Positions 9,704 to 19,571 of a DNA stretch of 64,000 nt are shown here, piece by piece (within the stretch, counting starts at the first letter, position 1; each line of letters starts with the position of its first letter). The notes under the pieces were generated by a model. It was not told the DNA's origin. It made no database searches and saw only the letters and a list, made by a program, of their open reading frames with translations. Source of the stretch: a bacterium (lineage in GTDB: Bacteria; RBG-13-61-14; DATKZS01); the NCBI GenBank assembly GCA_963674965.2, contig CAXXFL010000001.1:1312001-1376000 (forward strand), read 5' to 3'. The position numbers were made by a program, and so were the translations under genes.

Positions 9704-10574
9704 TGCCAGCCAGCCAAGGAGCCTCGGCCGCGCCCTTTTCAGGGTCGCGGCCTTGGCCGTGTTGGGCCTTATTTTTTTCCAGGCCCCGAAGGCCGCCTCG
9801 ATCGAGGAAAAAGCCAAGCCGGAAAATTCAAAGCCCGCTATAGTCGTCTCGACGGCGCTCTTATCGACGGCGGTCAGGGACCTGATGGGTGACTCGGTGC
9901 AAATTTACGAGATGATACCCCCCGGTTCCTGCCCCGGCCATTACGACATGACGCCCGAGGACTTCAGGGCCATCTCCGGGGCCGACGCCATTGTGCTGCA
10001 CGATTTCCAGTCCCACATGATAAGGAAAATCTCCGAGGCCGGAGCCTCCAAAACCCCTGTAATAGTCGTGCCCGAAAAAGGCTCGGCCATCACGCCAACC
10101 GGCTACTCGAGGACCCTCGAATACCTGGCAACGGAGATCCCCGGCGCCGTTCCCCGGCTTGAGAGCGCGACGCGGCGCGGCCTTCCCGAGGCCTTGGCCA
10201 TGGTCAAGGTGGCCGAGGCCGAGGCCATCGAGTCCGGTGCGGACGGTCTTAAAGGACTCCCCATAGTGGCGGCCCACTTCCAAAAGGACTTCGCCCAGTA
10301 CTGGGGCATGGAGGTCGTGGCGGAAATACCTCCCGGCGGCGAGCTGTCGGCCAAAGAGCTGGTCCAGGTTCTGACCAAGGCCCAGGAGGGAAAGGCCAAA
10401 GTGGTGGTGGCCAACGCTCAAAGCGCGGGCAAGGGCGCCCGGGTCATCGCCGATCGTCTTGGCCTGCCCCTGGTGGTGTTGTCCAACTTTCCCTCCGAGT
10501 CCAGGAAGGGGTCATATCGCGGCCTTCTTCTATCCAACGTAAAGGGTCTGGTGGATGCCCGCGTCGGAGAGTAA
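9690..10574 (+). CDS. Metal ABC transporter substrate-binding protein (ZnuA/TroA-like)
   Basis: IPPGSCPGHYDMTP, ADAIV motifs; probable TTG start at 9690 after GGAGGA, giving a signal peptide. Confidence 0.8.
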   Translation: MRLNSASQPRSLGRALFRVAALAVLGLIFFQAPKAASIEEKAKPENSKPAIVVSTALLSTAVRDLMGDSVQIYEMIPPGSCPGHYDMTPEDFRAISGADAIVLHDFQSHMIRKISEAGASKTPVIVVPEKGSAITPTGYSRTLEYLATEIPGAVPRLESATRRGLPEALAMVKVAEAEAIESGADGLKGLPIVAAHFQKDFAQYWGMEVVAEIPPGGELSAKELVQVLTKAQEGKAKVVVANAQSAGKGARVIADRLGLPLVVLSNFPSESRKGSYRGLLLSNVKGLVDARVGE

Positions 10575-11355
10575 CCCGGCCGTATGGGCTCGGGACGCGG
10601 CCATCTCGAGAGGCTCGTCCATCGTGCTCTCCGAGGTGAACGTGGAAATCCCGAGAGGCTCGATCGCGGCCGTGCTCGGGCCTAACGGCGCGGGCAAGAC
10701 CACCTTGGTTTTCTCGATCTGCGGTTTCGTGAAGCCGGCCTCGGGTTCCCTCGAGGTATTGGGGCGGGACATGACCTCGATCGGCCCTTCCGAGCTTGCC
10801 CGGCTGAGGAGGTCGATAGGTCTTCTGCCCCAGTTGTCCGAGATAAACGAGCTGGCGCCGCTCTCGGTAAGGGAAGTGGTGGCCATCGGCAGGGCGGGCC
10901 GGGCGGGACTGGGGGCCAGGCTGTCCCGGGACGACTGGAGGGCCGTTGACGAGGCCATCTCTTTATTCGGTCTGGACCATCTGGCAAGCCGCGTTTTTCA
11001 TCGGCTCTCGGGCGGCGAAAAAAGAAAGACCGGCCTGGCCCGAGTCTTCGCCCAGGAGCCCGAGCTGTTCATCCTGGACGAGCCCATGGCCAACCTGGAC
11101 GTTTCATGGCAGGAAAGGCTGAGGGAGGAAATCCAGAAAGCCTGGGAAAGAACCGGGGCCACCGTTATTATCGTTTCCCACGACACCCATAACCTGCCCG
11201 AGGGATGCTCGCTTTTCGCGCTTGTCGGGCGGGGCACTGTACTCGCCTCGGGTCCGTCCTCCCGGGTGCTGACGGAGGAGGCGCTGGAGCGGTCTTATGG
11301 AAAAGGCGTCTCGGTCGTCAGACGGGAAGGACGCGACTACCTGCTGGGGGCGTAA
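10555..11355 (+). CDS. Metal ABC transporter ATP-binding protein
   Basis: Walker A GPNGAGKT, LSGGE signature, LDEP, SHD. Confidence 0.93.
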   Translation: MPASESNPAVWARDAAISRGSSIVLSEVNVEIPRGSIAAVLGPNGAGKTTLVFSICGFVKPASGSLEVLGRDMTSIGPSELARLRRSIGLLPQLSEINELAPLSVREVVAIGRAGRAGLGARLSRDDWRAVDEAISLFGLDHLASRVFHRLSGGEKRKTGLARVFAQEPELFILDEPMANLDVSWQERLREEIQKAWERTGATVIIVSHDTHNLPEGCSLFALVGRGTVLASGPSSRVLTEEALERSYGKGVSVVRREGRDYLLGA

Positions 11356-11358
11356 GCC

Positions 11359-12159
11359 ATGATCACGGCCCGAGTTATTGTCGAGATACTGGCGGCCGCC
11401 GTTATCAGCGGGGCGTCCTGCGCCGCGGTCGGCTTTCTTCTGGCTAACCTCAGGTTGCCCTTTTTGGGCGTGACCATGTCTCACGCGGCCCTGGCCGGGG
11501 CCGTCTTCGCCAAGGTGTTGGGGCTGCCCATCTTTCCACCGGCTTTCGCCGTGGCCATCGGCTCGGCCTTCGCTATCGGACCCCTGGCCGACAAAGCCAA
11601 GCTCGATTCCAACCTGGCCATGGGCATCGTCTTCTCCCTCAGCATGGGAGTGGCCTTTCTCGGCATCGGCCTGACGGACGGTCCCAAGACGGAGATGCTC
11701 GACCTTATCTGGGGTTCCATTCTTCTCATCACCACCAGGGACGTTATATTCCTGGGCGTACTCGGTTTGATTTTATTTGTCTACCTGGCCGTCTTCGAAA
11801 AGGAAATCAAGGCCGTGCTCTTCTCGAGGACCGTGGCCGCCTCGGTGGGGGTCAGGGAGGCGGCGTTGACCTACTCGATGCTGATAGTGACGGGGGCCGT
11901 TGTGACCGCCTGTCTCGAGTCGGTGGGCGGGCTTTTATTGTTCGCCCTTCTCAGCAACCCCGTGGCCGCGGCCACCCGCGTTTTCGACTCGTACATGGGA
12001 AGCCTGATCGGGTCGGCCGGTCTGGGCGCCCTCAGCGCGGTGGGCGGGCTCGGCCTGTCCTGGGTATTCAACCTGCCGGCCGGGGCCTCCATCGCCCTGG
12101 TTTCGGGAATCATCTTTATTATATGTATAATAATCGGGAGGCTAACGGGAAAATCATGA
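11359..12159 (+). CDS. Metal ABC transporter permease (ABC-3/ZnuB-like)
   Basis: Hydrophobic; MSHAALAG, IWGSIL, PAGASI motifs. Confidence 0.92.
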   Translation: MITARVIVEILAAAVISGASCAAVGFLLANLRLPFLGVTMSHAALAGAVFAKVLGLPIFPPAFAVAIGSAFAIGPLADKAKLDSNLAMGIVFSLSMGVAFLGIGLTDGPKTEMLDLIWGSILLITTRDVIFLGVLGLILFVYLAVFEKEIKAVLFSRTVAASVGVREAALTYSMLIVTGAVVTACLESVGGLLLFALLSNPVAAATRVFDSYMGSLIGSAGLGALSAVGGLGLSWVFNLPAGASIALVSGIIFIICIIIGRLTGKS

Positions 12160-12767
12160 ACCGGACAAAAGCTGAATTTTTCGACCGTCACGCCGAGGAG
12201 CCCTGGTCGTCGGCGGATTACACCGAGGAAGAACTGGGTAAGATTCGCTGGCTCTTCGATAAGGTCAAGCTGGAAAAGGGACAAAAAGTCCTCGAGCCGG
12301 GCTGCGGCACGGGCCGGGTCACTCTCCTCCTGGCCAGGGAAATTGGGCCCGAGGGAAGCGTGACCGCCGCGGACATCAGCGAGACGATGATCGCGGCCTG
12401 CCGAAAAAGGCTGGAGGGACAAGAAAACGTCTCCCTTTTCCACGCCGCCGTGGAAGAAATCGATCTTGCCGACGATTCCTTCGATCTGGCGCTCTGCTTC
12501 AACGTCTTTCCCCATCTTGACGACAAGCCCGCGGTCTTAAACCTTTTCCGCCGCCTTTTAAAGCCCTCGGGCAAGCTGGCCATTTTCCATATCCATCCGT
12601 CCTCATTCATCAACGACCTTCATCGCAAGGCCGAGACGCCCGTGCAGGAGGACATGATCCCCGACAAGGATGAGATGAATAAGATGCTCCATGAAGCCGG
12701 CTTTATCATGAAAGAGTTTCTGGATGAAGACAGGTTTTTCACTCTCGCCTTTATAGACGGCCAATAA
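12156..12767 (+). CDS. Class I SAM-dependent methyltransferase
   Basis: VLEPGCGTG, DISETM, SFDL; ATGA coupling to the permease. Confidence 0.9.
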   Translation: MNRTKAEFFDRHAEEPWSSADYTEEELGKIRWLFDKVKLEKGQKVLEPGCGTGRVTLLLAREIGPEGSVTAADISETMIAACRKRLEGQENVSLFHAAVEEIDLADDSFDLALCFNVFPHLDDKPAVLNLFRRLLKPSGKLAIFHIHPSSFINDLHRKAETPVQEDMIPDKDEMNKMLHEAGFIMKEFLDEDRFFTLAFIDGQ

Positions 12768-12969
12768 CTCGATGGCGGGGCTTTGAAAATGAGCTTTCAC
12801 TAAAGCCGAAAAAATTATTGAAGACGCCCCCTTATGATGATATCATTAAGGTTTGATATAGAATAATACTTAGGACGCCGCCCGGGTATTTCAACCTCCT
12901 TTTTAATCGTTCGGCGTCGCGCGGTTGCCGGTCGCGACGATGGGGGGGCGTCCCCATGGAGGACATATA

Positions 12970-14886
12970 TTGAACAACGTCGCGAAATCCGCCCTGGTCT
13001 GGATCATCATCTTCGGTGTTTTCATCGCGCTGTTCTGGTTCATGAAGCAAAACGGCGAGAAACCCAAGCCCGTCGAGTACTCCAAGTTCATCGAGGAGGT
13101 CAAGGCAAAGGAAGTCAGCAGCGTTACCATCCGGGGCCAGAAGATCACGGGTAAATACATCGACGACAAGAAATTCTCGACCTACGGTCCCCAGGAGTTG
13201 GACCCTTCCATTTTCACGCTTTTCAACGAGATGGGGGTCCAGGTCAAGTTCGAGGAAGACACCGAGCCCGCCTATATCACGGCGCTATTCACTTACGTTC
13301 CCATTTTGCTGCTGGTTTTCTTCATGATTTTCTTCATAAGGCAGATGCAGAACTCCGGCGGCAAGGCCATGAGCTTTGGCAAATCCAGGCCCCGCTTTTT
13401 AAACGAGGCCCAAAAGAAGATCACTTTTGACGACGTGGCCGGCATCGACGAGGTGATCGGCGAGGTCGAGGAAATCATCGAGTTTTTAAAGGACCCCAAG
13501 AAGTTCACCAAGCTGGGCGGCCGCATTCCCAAGGGCGTTCTCTTGATAGGCGCTCCCGGCACGGGCAAGACCCTTCTGGCCCGGGCCATAGCGGGCGAGG
13601 CGGGCGTTCCCTTCTTGTCAATTTCCGGCTCGGACTTCGTCGAGATGTTCGTGGGCGTTGGCGCCTCCCGGGTAAGGGACCTTTTCCTCCAGGGCAAGAA
13701 GCACGCTCCGTGCATCATTTTTATCGACGAGATCGACGCGGTGGGCAGGCATCGAGGCGCCGGTCTTGGCGGCGGCCACGACGAACGGGAGCAGACGCTC
13801 AACCAACTTCTTGTCGAGATGGACGGTTTCGAGGCCAACGAGGGCGTTATATTAATGGCGGCCACCAACCGTCCCGACGTTCTGGACCCGGCCCTTCTCC
13901 GTCCCGGCCGTTTCGACCGCCAGGTGGTGGTTCCCCGTCCCGACGTGAAGGGACGCGCCGAGATCATCTCGGTCCATACCAAGGAAAATCCTCTTGCCGA
14001 CGACGTGAACATGGAGACGCTGGCCAAGGGCACGCCCGGTTTTTCCGGCGCGGACCTGGAGAACATGGTCAACGAGGCGGCCCTGGTTGCGGCCCGCCGG
14101 GGCAAGGACGAGATCGACATGGACGATTTCGAGTTCGCCAAGGACAAGGTGATCATGGGAATCGAGCGCCGGAGCCTGGTCATCAGCGAGGAGGAGCGCA
14201 AGATGACGGCCTATCACGAGGCCGGGCACGCTCTGGTGGCCAAGCTGTTGCCGGGCGCCGATCCGGTCCACAAGGTCACCATCATCCCGAGGGGAAGGGC
14301 GCTGGGAGTCACGCAGCAGCTTCCCAGCGAGGACAAGTACACCATATCCAAGACCAGGGCCCTTAACAACATGGTCATTTTCCTGGGGGGCAGGGCGGCC
14401 GAGGAAATAGCCCTGGCCGAGAGGACCTCGGGAGCGGGCAACGACATCGAGCGAGTGACCGAGTTGGCGAGAAAAATGGTCTGCGAGTGGGGCATGAGCG
14501 ACAAGCTCGGTCCTCTCAACTTCAGGCAAAAGGACGACGAGATTTTCGTGGGAAGGGACTTGGGCGTCAGAAGAGAGTACGGCGAAAAGACCCAGCAGAT
14601 GATAGACGACGAGGTAAAGGACATCGTAACGGCCGCCCACGACCAGGCCGTCAAGCTGCTCGAGGAAAATCGGGACAAGCTCGAGGCCCTGGCCAACGCG
14701 CTTCTCGAGAGGGAAGTGCTCGACGGCGAGGAAATCGAGATGGTCCTACAGGGCAAGAAGCTGCCGCCCATTAAGGTCGCGCCCGAGATGGAAACAAGGA
14801 AACGCGGGTCCAAGGAAAAAAAGAAAAAGGAATCCAAGTCCCACGCTCCATCGGTCGTGCCCGACCCCGTCGGAGGAGAAGCCTGA
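12970..14886 (+). CDS. ftsH: ATP-dependent zinc metalloprotease FtsH
   Basis: Two TM helices, [45 protein letters not shown] start after GGAGG. Confidence 0.98.
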   Translation: MNNVAKSALVWIIIFGVFIALFWFMKQNGEKPKPVEYSKFIEEVKAKEVSSVTIRGQKITGKYIDDKKFSTYGPQELDPSIFTLFNEMGVQVKFEEDTEPAYITALFTYVPILLLVFFMIFFIRQMQNSGGKAMSFGKSRPRFLNEAQKKITFDDVAGIDEVIGEVEEIIEFLKDPKKFTKLGGRIPKGVLLIGAPGTGKTLLARAIAGEAGVPFLSISGSDFVEMFVGVGASRVRDLFLQGKKHAPCIIFIDEIDAVGRHRGAGLGGGHDEREQTLNQLLVEMDGFEANEGVILMAATNRPDVLDPALLRPGRFDRQVVVPRPDVKGRAEIISVHTKENPLADDVNMETLAKGTPGFSGADLENMVNEAALVAARRGKDEIDMDDFEFAKDKVIMGIERRSLVISEEERKMTAYHEAGHALVAKLLPGADPVHKVTIIPRGRALGVTQQLPSEDKYTISKTRALNNMVIFLGGRAAEEIALAERTSGAGNDIERVTELARKMVCEWGMSDKLGPLNFRQKDDEIFVGRDLGVRREYGEKTQQMIDDEVKDIVTAAHDQAVKLLEENRDKLEALANALLEREVLDGEEIEMVLQGKKLPPIKVAPEMETRKRGSKEKKKKESKSHAPSVVPDPVGGEA

Positions 14887-14907
14887 ACTTTTTTCGTGAC
14901 GACCGAC

Positions 14908-14938
14908 AAGGCGTCGCCGGAAAAGGGCGGCGCCTTTT
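14908..14938. terminator. Intrinsic terminator hairpin between convergent genes
   Basis: AAGGCGTCGCC-loop-GGCGGCGCCTT followed by TT. Confidence 0.65.
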
Positions 14939-15543
14939 CAGTCCACCTCGATCCTGGCCAGGCGGGAACAGACCACCAGGGTCAGTCCGAAAATGATATC
15001 GATCGACAGCATGTCCGAGATGCCCTTGTCGAAAAGCAGCTTGCCCGAGGCGTCGAACTCGTCGTCCTTGCCGTAGAAAAGGACCGCCAGGGGAACCTTG
15101 GGAAGGACCCGGAACCTATAGGCCGCGTCGGCCATCTCGAGGGGCTCGCCGCCCAGTTTCTCACAGGCCTTTTTAAAAGCCTCCACGTCCTCGCCGAAAC
15201 GCCTCGTGAACATGGCCGCGGGCACGGAGTGGGCCCCCACGAAAAAGGACACGCCGCCGGGCAGGTCCTTCTCCGATATCCACTCCCCGCTTACCCGGCC
15301 GCGAGAGGCGCCGAGAAGATAAAACAGGACGACCAGACCAAGCTCGACGTCGGTTACGGGAGCGCCGGTCGCGGCGTTAACGATCATGGCCTTTTCGGCG
15401 AAGACCTCGAGGTCTTCCCCCCAGAACTCGACCAAAAAACATGAGCGCCCCGCGTCGTAATCGCACATGGCGTCCCGAGCAATTTCCGAGGGCGGCCTCT
15501 CGAGCAGTTGATCGAAAAACCATTTATGCATCTGATGGCACAT
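14938..15543 (-). CDS. DUF3786-like protein
   Basis: GEWISEKDLPGG..FF and PKVPLAVLFYGKDDEFDASGKLLFD. Confidence 0.8.
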   Translation of the reverse strand: MCHQMHKWFFDQLLERPPSEIARDAMCDYDAGRSCFLVEFWGEDLEVFAEKAMIVNAATGAPVTDVELGLVVLFYLLGASRGRVSGEWISEKDLPGGVSFFVGAHSVPAAMFTRRFGEDVEAFKKACEKLGGEPLEMADAAYRFRVLPKVPLAVLFYGKDDEFDASGKLLFDKGISDMLSIDIIFGLTLVVCSRLARIEVD

Positions 15544-15594
15544 GGGTCACCTTCATAAAGCGCGCAAAGCTCCGCGCCGGAAAATTTAATCGGT

Positions 15595-16332
15595 CTATCG
15601 GGTTTTTTCCTTGACCGGTCCCACTGGGGCAAGGTAGACCGTCGTTTCTTCCTCCGCGTCAACCCCGAGAAGGGCGTTGACCTCCTCGTCGAAAAAGGCC
15701 CCTATCCCACAGCAGCCGAGGCCAAGGTCCTCCGCCGCCAGGTACAGGTTCTCGCAGACGTGGCCGGCGTCGAGATACATGTAGCGGTAAGCGCGCTGGG
15801 CGTACTTGATCTTGCAGCGGTCCATGACCGAGGTCCAGATAAAGACCGCGGCCGCTCGCTCGCACATGCCCTGGCCAAGCGCCGCCTCGGCGAGAGACCC
15901 TCCCAGATTCCCCTCCTTGATGAGCTCGAGGGAAGCGCGGAGGATATTGTAGTGGTAAAGGCCGGGATCGACGGCCTCGACCCGGTTGGCCAGTACGTAG
16001 GTCTCGATCGGATAGAGCGCGCCGGCGGAGGGCGCCGTCCGAAGCGCTATGTCTCCGGCCCGGGCCGTGACGCCCTGCGCGGCGAAGACCAGGCGGGAAA
16101 GCGTCTCCAAAGAAATTGGATCGGCCGTGAAGGTCCTTCTCGATCTTCGGCTGAAAAGGGCTTCCCACAGGCCGCCCTCCGGAATGGAGGCGCCCTCCAG
16201 CGATACGGTCCTCGAACCCGGATACTCCTTGAAGGCGGAAGGCCTTTTAGCGGGCCGACCGCCCAAGGCGGCCTTGTCCCGAAAATACATGGTCAGGCGC
16301 TGGTAACGGTCGCCGATAAAGTCATCGGTCAC
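15595..16332 (-). CDS. SagB/ThcOx-family nitroreductase/dehydrogenase
   Basis: RRSRR, RTAPSAGALYPIE, KYAQRAYRY..LDAGH. Confidence 0.92.
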   Translation of the reverse strand: MTDDFIGDRYQRLTMYFRDKAALGGRPAKRPSAFKEYPGSRTVSLEGASIPEGGLWEALFSRRSRRTFTADPISLETLSRLVFAAQGVTARAGDIALRTAPSAGALYPIETYVLANRVEAVDPGLYHYNILRASLELIKEGNLGGSLAEAALGQGMCERAAAVFIWTSVMDRCKIKYAQRAYRYMYLDAGHVCENLYLAAEDLGLGCCGIGAFFDEEVNALLGVDAEEETTVYLAPVGPVKEKTR

Positions 16333-19091
16333 GGTCCGCTCCCGAGAATCTGACCCGCGTCTCCCTCCCCCGGGGCCGTTCCGCCCGTGTACTCGAGGCT
16401 GATCTCGTTAGCCGCGCCCGTGCGCTGGTCCTTGGCGCTGACCGTGAACAGACCGTTCTGGTCGATATCGAAGGTCACCTCGATGGCGGGCATGCCCCGC
16501 TTGGCCTTCTCGATGCCCTCGAGCACGAACTCGCCCAGGGAGGTGTTGTTCTTCACGTATTGCCCGTCTCCCTGCAGCACCGTGATCCTTATCCGGCGCT
16601 GGTTGTCCGCGCAGGTGGTGAAGACCTGCGAGGCCCGGGCCGGAAGCTTGGCAAAGCGCTTGATGATGGGTATGTAATGTCCCCCGAAGTGAGCTATGCC
16701 CACTGACTGAGATAGGACGTCGAGAAGCACGGGCGCTTCGACCGTTTCCGGGACCGCCTCTTTGGCGGCCTCCCCGGGGGGTGGTTCGGCATCCGGCTCG
16801 TCCGTCTCGGGCTGCTCGAAGTCCTCCTCGGACTCGAACTCATCCTCGGACGCGACGGCCGGCTCATGGGTCTCATAATCCCGGATGATCGGGCCGGCCG
16901 AGACGGGCATCTCCATCTCGGGACTCAGGTCCGGAGGCTCGGCCTCCTCCTCCTCTTCTCCTTCCTCGGCGAACTCGGGAAGCATGTCCGGATCGGCCGG
17001 CAGTTCCGGCTCGGCTGATTCCATCTCCGGTGGAGGCCCCAGGTCAAAGTCTCCACCATCGGCGGGCGCCGGCTCCCGGTCGGGATCGGCGGGCAGGTCG
17101 GCTGGAGACTCGGTGACCGCGGGTATTTCATCCTCCGGCTCTCCCACGATCTCTTCCTCGTCCGCGTCCGGAGAGGGCGGGAAAGCATCCTCTTCCTCGT
17201 CGGGGGACTCCTCCTCGGCGGGAGGGACCTGGTCCAACTCGGCGGGAAGATCGGACCCGTAGGCGTCCTCGGCTTCCTCGGGAATTTCTTCCTCGGGTAA
17301 ATCGTGGTCCGCCGACTCCTCGGCCGCTTCCATGGGGATAGGCTGATCGTCATCGGTCTCGGTCATTGAAAAATCCGGGGCTGAAGTATCGGGCTCCTTA
17401 GATTCGACCAGATCGGTTTTCTCGACCACTTCCCGGGAGGAAGTCGCGCCCACGAAGAAATCGGCCAGGCCGGCCTCACGGTCGTCGGCTTCCTTTTCGG
17501 CCGAGTCCTCGGGCGACCACTCCTCGCCCGCCTGCATCTTGTCCGGGTCAAGCGGCAGGTCCGAGTCGGCGTCCCTTTTATCCATGGGCAAAAGGGATTG
17601 GCCATCGTCGGCCGGGCGAGTCTTTTTTTCCGGCGCGTGCTCCGGGGCGTCCATCAACTCGTCGGGGTCGGCCTCGACCCGGGCGTCGCCGATCTCCTCC
17701 TCGTCCCGGGAATCGGGAGGAGGCGCTCCGGGCATGGTGGCGCCGGGATCGTAATCCGGGCCGGGAACGATCCGGTCCCTGCCCGCGCCGTATCCGGGAA
17801 GGGTCTTATCCGGGTCCTGGCCGGAGGCCATGTCCACGTCGGCGCCCGAGACCGGCGCGGGAACGACCCTTCCCGCGCCCGCCATGGGAGCGGGCAAGGT
17901 CTTCTCGAGGTCCTCCCTCGTCTCTTTTCTTTTCTTGAGTATCTTCTCGCCCGCCAGGCTGGCGGCGTGGATGGCGGCGCCCACGGCCACGGCCTCGTCG
18001 GGATTGACCGAGTCGTCGGGATCGCGGCCGAAGAACTCGGTCACCCTCGCTCTCAAAAGGGGCATCCGCGTCATGCCTCCCACCAGCACCACGTTGTCAA
18101 TTTTTTCAATGGGAATGGAAACGTCGTCTAAAAGCTTCCTGAAAATATCCACGGTCCTCGTCACCAGGTCCTCGACCAGGCCCTCGTAGAACTCCCGGGT
18201 AATGGACGCCTCGACGCCCGCCCACTTGTTAACGTCGGGACAGATGGCGGGAAGGTTGATCTCGACCTCTTTCTTTTTTGAGAGCGCGATCTTGGCCCGC
18301 TCAGAGGAGTCCTTGACCCGCTGGTGGGCCATCTTGTCGTTATAGATGTTTATGTCGTATTTCTTCTTGAAGTCCTTGACCAGGTAATCGACCAGCCGGT
18401 TGTCGAAGTCCTCGCCTCCCAAATAGGAGTCGCCGTCCGTGGCCAGCACCTCGAAGACGCCCTGTCCGATGGCTAAAACGGACAAGTCGAAGGTGCCGCC
18501 GCCCAGGTCGAACACGGCTATGGTCTGCTCCTCGTCCTTGTCGTACCCGTAGGCGAGGGCCGCGGCGGTGGGCTCGTTAATCAGCCGCACGACGTCCAGG
18601 CCGATCATGGCCCCCGCCTCGCGGGTGGACTTGCGTTGAGGGTCGGTAAAGTAGGCCGGCACCGTGACCACGGCTTTCCTGATCTCTCGTTTGAGGGCCT
18701 TCTTTCCGATCCTGGTCATGTACTTTAGGATAATGGCCGCGACCTCGGTGGGAGTCAATTCCTTGTCGCGGCCCCTGACCTTGACCCCGCCGTCGGGAAG
18801 CGGAAGGATGTCATAACCGAAGTGCTTTTTGGTCTCCTGGACGCGAGGGTCTAGATACCTTCTTCCTATCAGGCGCTTGGTGGCCCAGATGGTGCTGTAA
18901 GGATCGCTGATGACCTCCATTTTCGCCTGGGTCCCCACCAGTATCTTCCCGTCCTCCATCACGTGGATGTAAGAGGGAGTCACGCGGTTGCCCCTGCCGT
19001 CAGGCACCACCATGGGTTGACCGTCCACCACCGCCGCCAGACAGCTAGTGGACGTGCCCAGGTCGATACCAACTATCTTGTCCATGCTCAT
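16329..19091 (-). CDS. Atypical Hsp70/DnaK-family protein with a long acidic insertion and no lid domain
   Basis: GIDLGTS, TVPAYF, INEPTAAALAYG, DLGGGTFD, LVGGMTR, NPDEAVA; ~400-aa E/D/P-rich insert; VLLDV linker plus SBD-beta. Confidence 0.9.
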   Translation of the reverse strand: MSMDKIVGIDLGTSTSCLAAVVDGQPMVVPDGRGNRVTPSYIHVMEDGKILVGTQAKMEVISDPYSTIWATKRLIGRRYLDPRVQETKKHFGYDILPLPDGGVKVRGRDKELTPTEVAAIILKYMTRIGKKALKREIRKAVVTVPAYFTDPQRKSTREAGAMIGLDVVRLINEPTAAALAYGYDKDEEQTIAVFDLGGGTFDLSVLAIGQGVFEVLATDGDSYLGGEDFDNRLVDYLVKDFKKKYDINIYNDKMAHQRVKDSSERAKIALSKKKEVEINLPAICPDVNKWAGVEASITREFYEGLVEDLVTRTVDIFRKLLDDVSIPIEKIDNVVLVGGMTRMPLLRARVTEFFGRDPDDSVNPDEAVAVGAAIHAASLAGEKILKKRKETREDLEKTLPAPMAGAGRVVPAPVSGADVDMASGQDPDKTLPGYGAGRDRIVPGPDYDPGATMPGAPPPDSRDEEEIGDARVEADPDELMDAPEHAPEKKTRPADDGQSLLPMDKRDADSDLPLDPDKMQAGEEWSPEDSAEKEADDREAGLADFFVGATSSREVVEKTDLVESKEPDTSAPDFSMTETDDDQPIPMEAAEESADHDLPEEEIPEEAEDAYGSDLPAELDQVPPAEEESPDEEEDAFPPSPDADEEEIVGEPEDEIPAVTESPADLPADPDREPAPADGGDFDLGPPPEMESAEPELPADPDMLPEFAEEGEEEEEAEPPDLSPEMEMPVSAGPIIRDYETHEPAVASEDEFESEEDFEQPETDEPDAEPPPGEAAKEAVPETVEAPVLLDVLSQSVGIAHFGGHYIPIIKRFAKLPARASQVFTTCADNQRRIRITVLQGDGQYVKNNTSLGEFVLEGIEKAKRGMPAIEVTFDIDQNGLFTVSAKDQRTGAANEISLEYTGGTAPGEGDAGQILGSGP

Positions 19092-19322
19092 CCTCCGGTA
19101 AGATAACTCGAAGCGTTCGCTAAGCTACCATTTTAGCCGGGATATGGCGCCAAGCGCAATGGGAAGATAAAAAAAGATGCGGCCCGTAAAAAAGTCGTTT
19201 CCTTCGCCGCCTTGCCCGCTCTCGACCCTTAAAAGAAAATGGGGGAACCCGGACGGCCGGAATTCTTTGAGGAAAAAGCCACTATATGCTAATCTTGTAG
19301 AGGGCCGAAAGCCAAGGCCCGA

Positions 19323-19399
<77 letters not shown>

Positions 19400-19501
19400 T
19401 CAAAAAGGAAACTTTCAGTTCCAGCCGGGGCGGAAAGTTTTTTTATTTCCAGGCGGTTCGATGACGGTCACGACTCCCTTAGTCCGCTCGCCGCCGCGGC
19501 C

Positions 19502-19540
19502 GGGGTCCGAGAAAAGGCGATCGAGTTTTCATCGGACCCC
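19502..19540. terminator. Hairpin downstream of the acyl-CoA dehydrogenase gene
   Basis: GGGGTCCGA-GAAAA ... TTTTC-A-TCGGACCCC inverted repeat between convergent genes. Confidence 0.45.
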
Positions 19541-19571
19541 GACGGCTCGCGTCAGCCGGCTTTTAACCTCG

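Noticed and set aside
15595-16332. RiPP/azole biosynthetic cluster suggested by the SagB-like gene
   Set aside because: No YcaO, E1-like protein or precursor peptide nearby; stand-alone SagB-like nitroreductases are common in anaerobes
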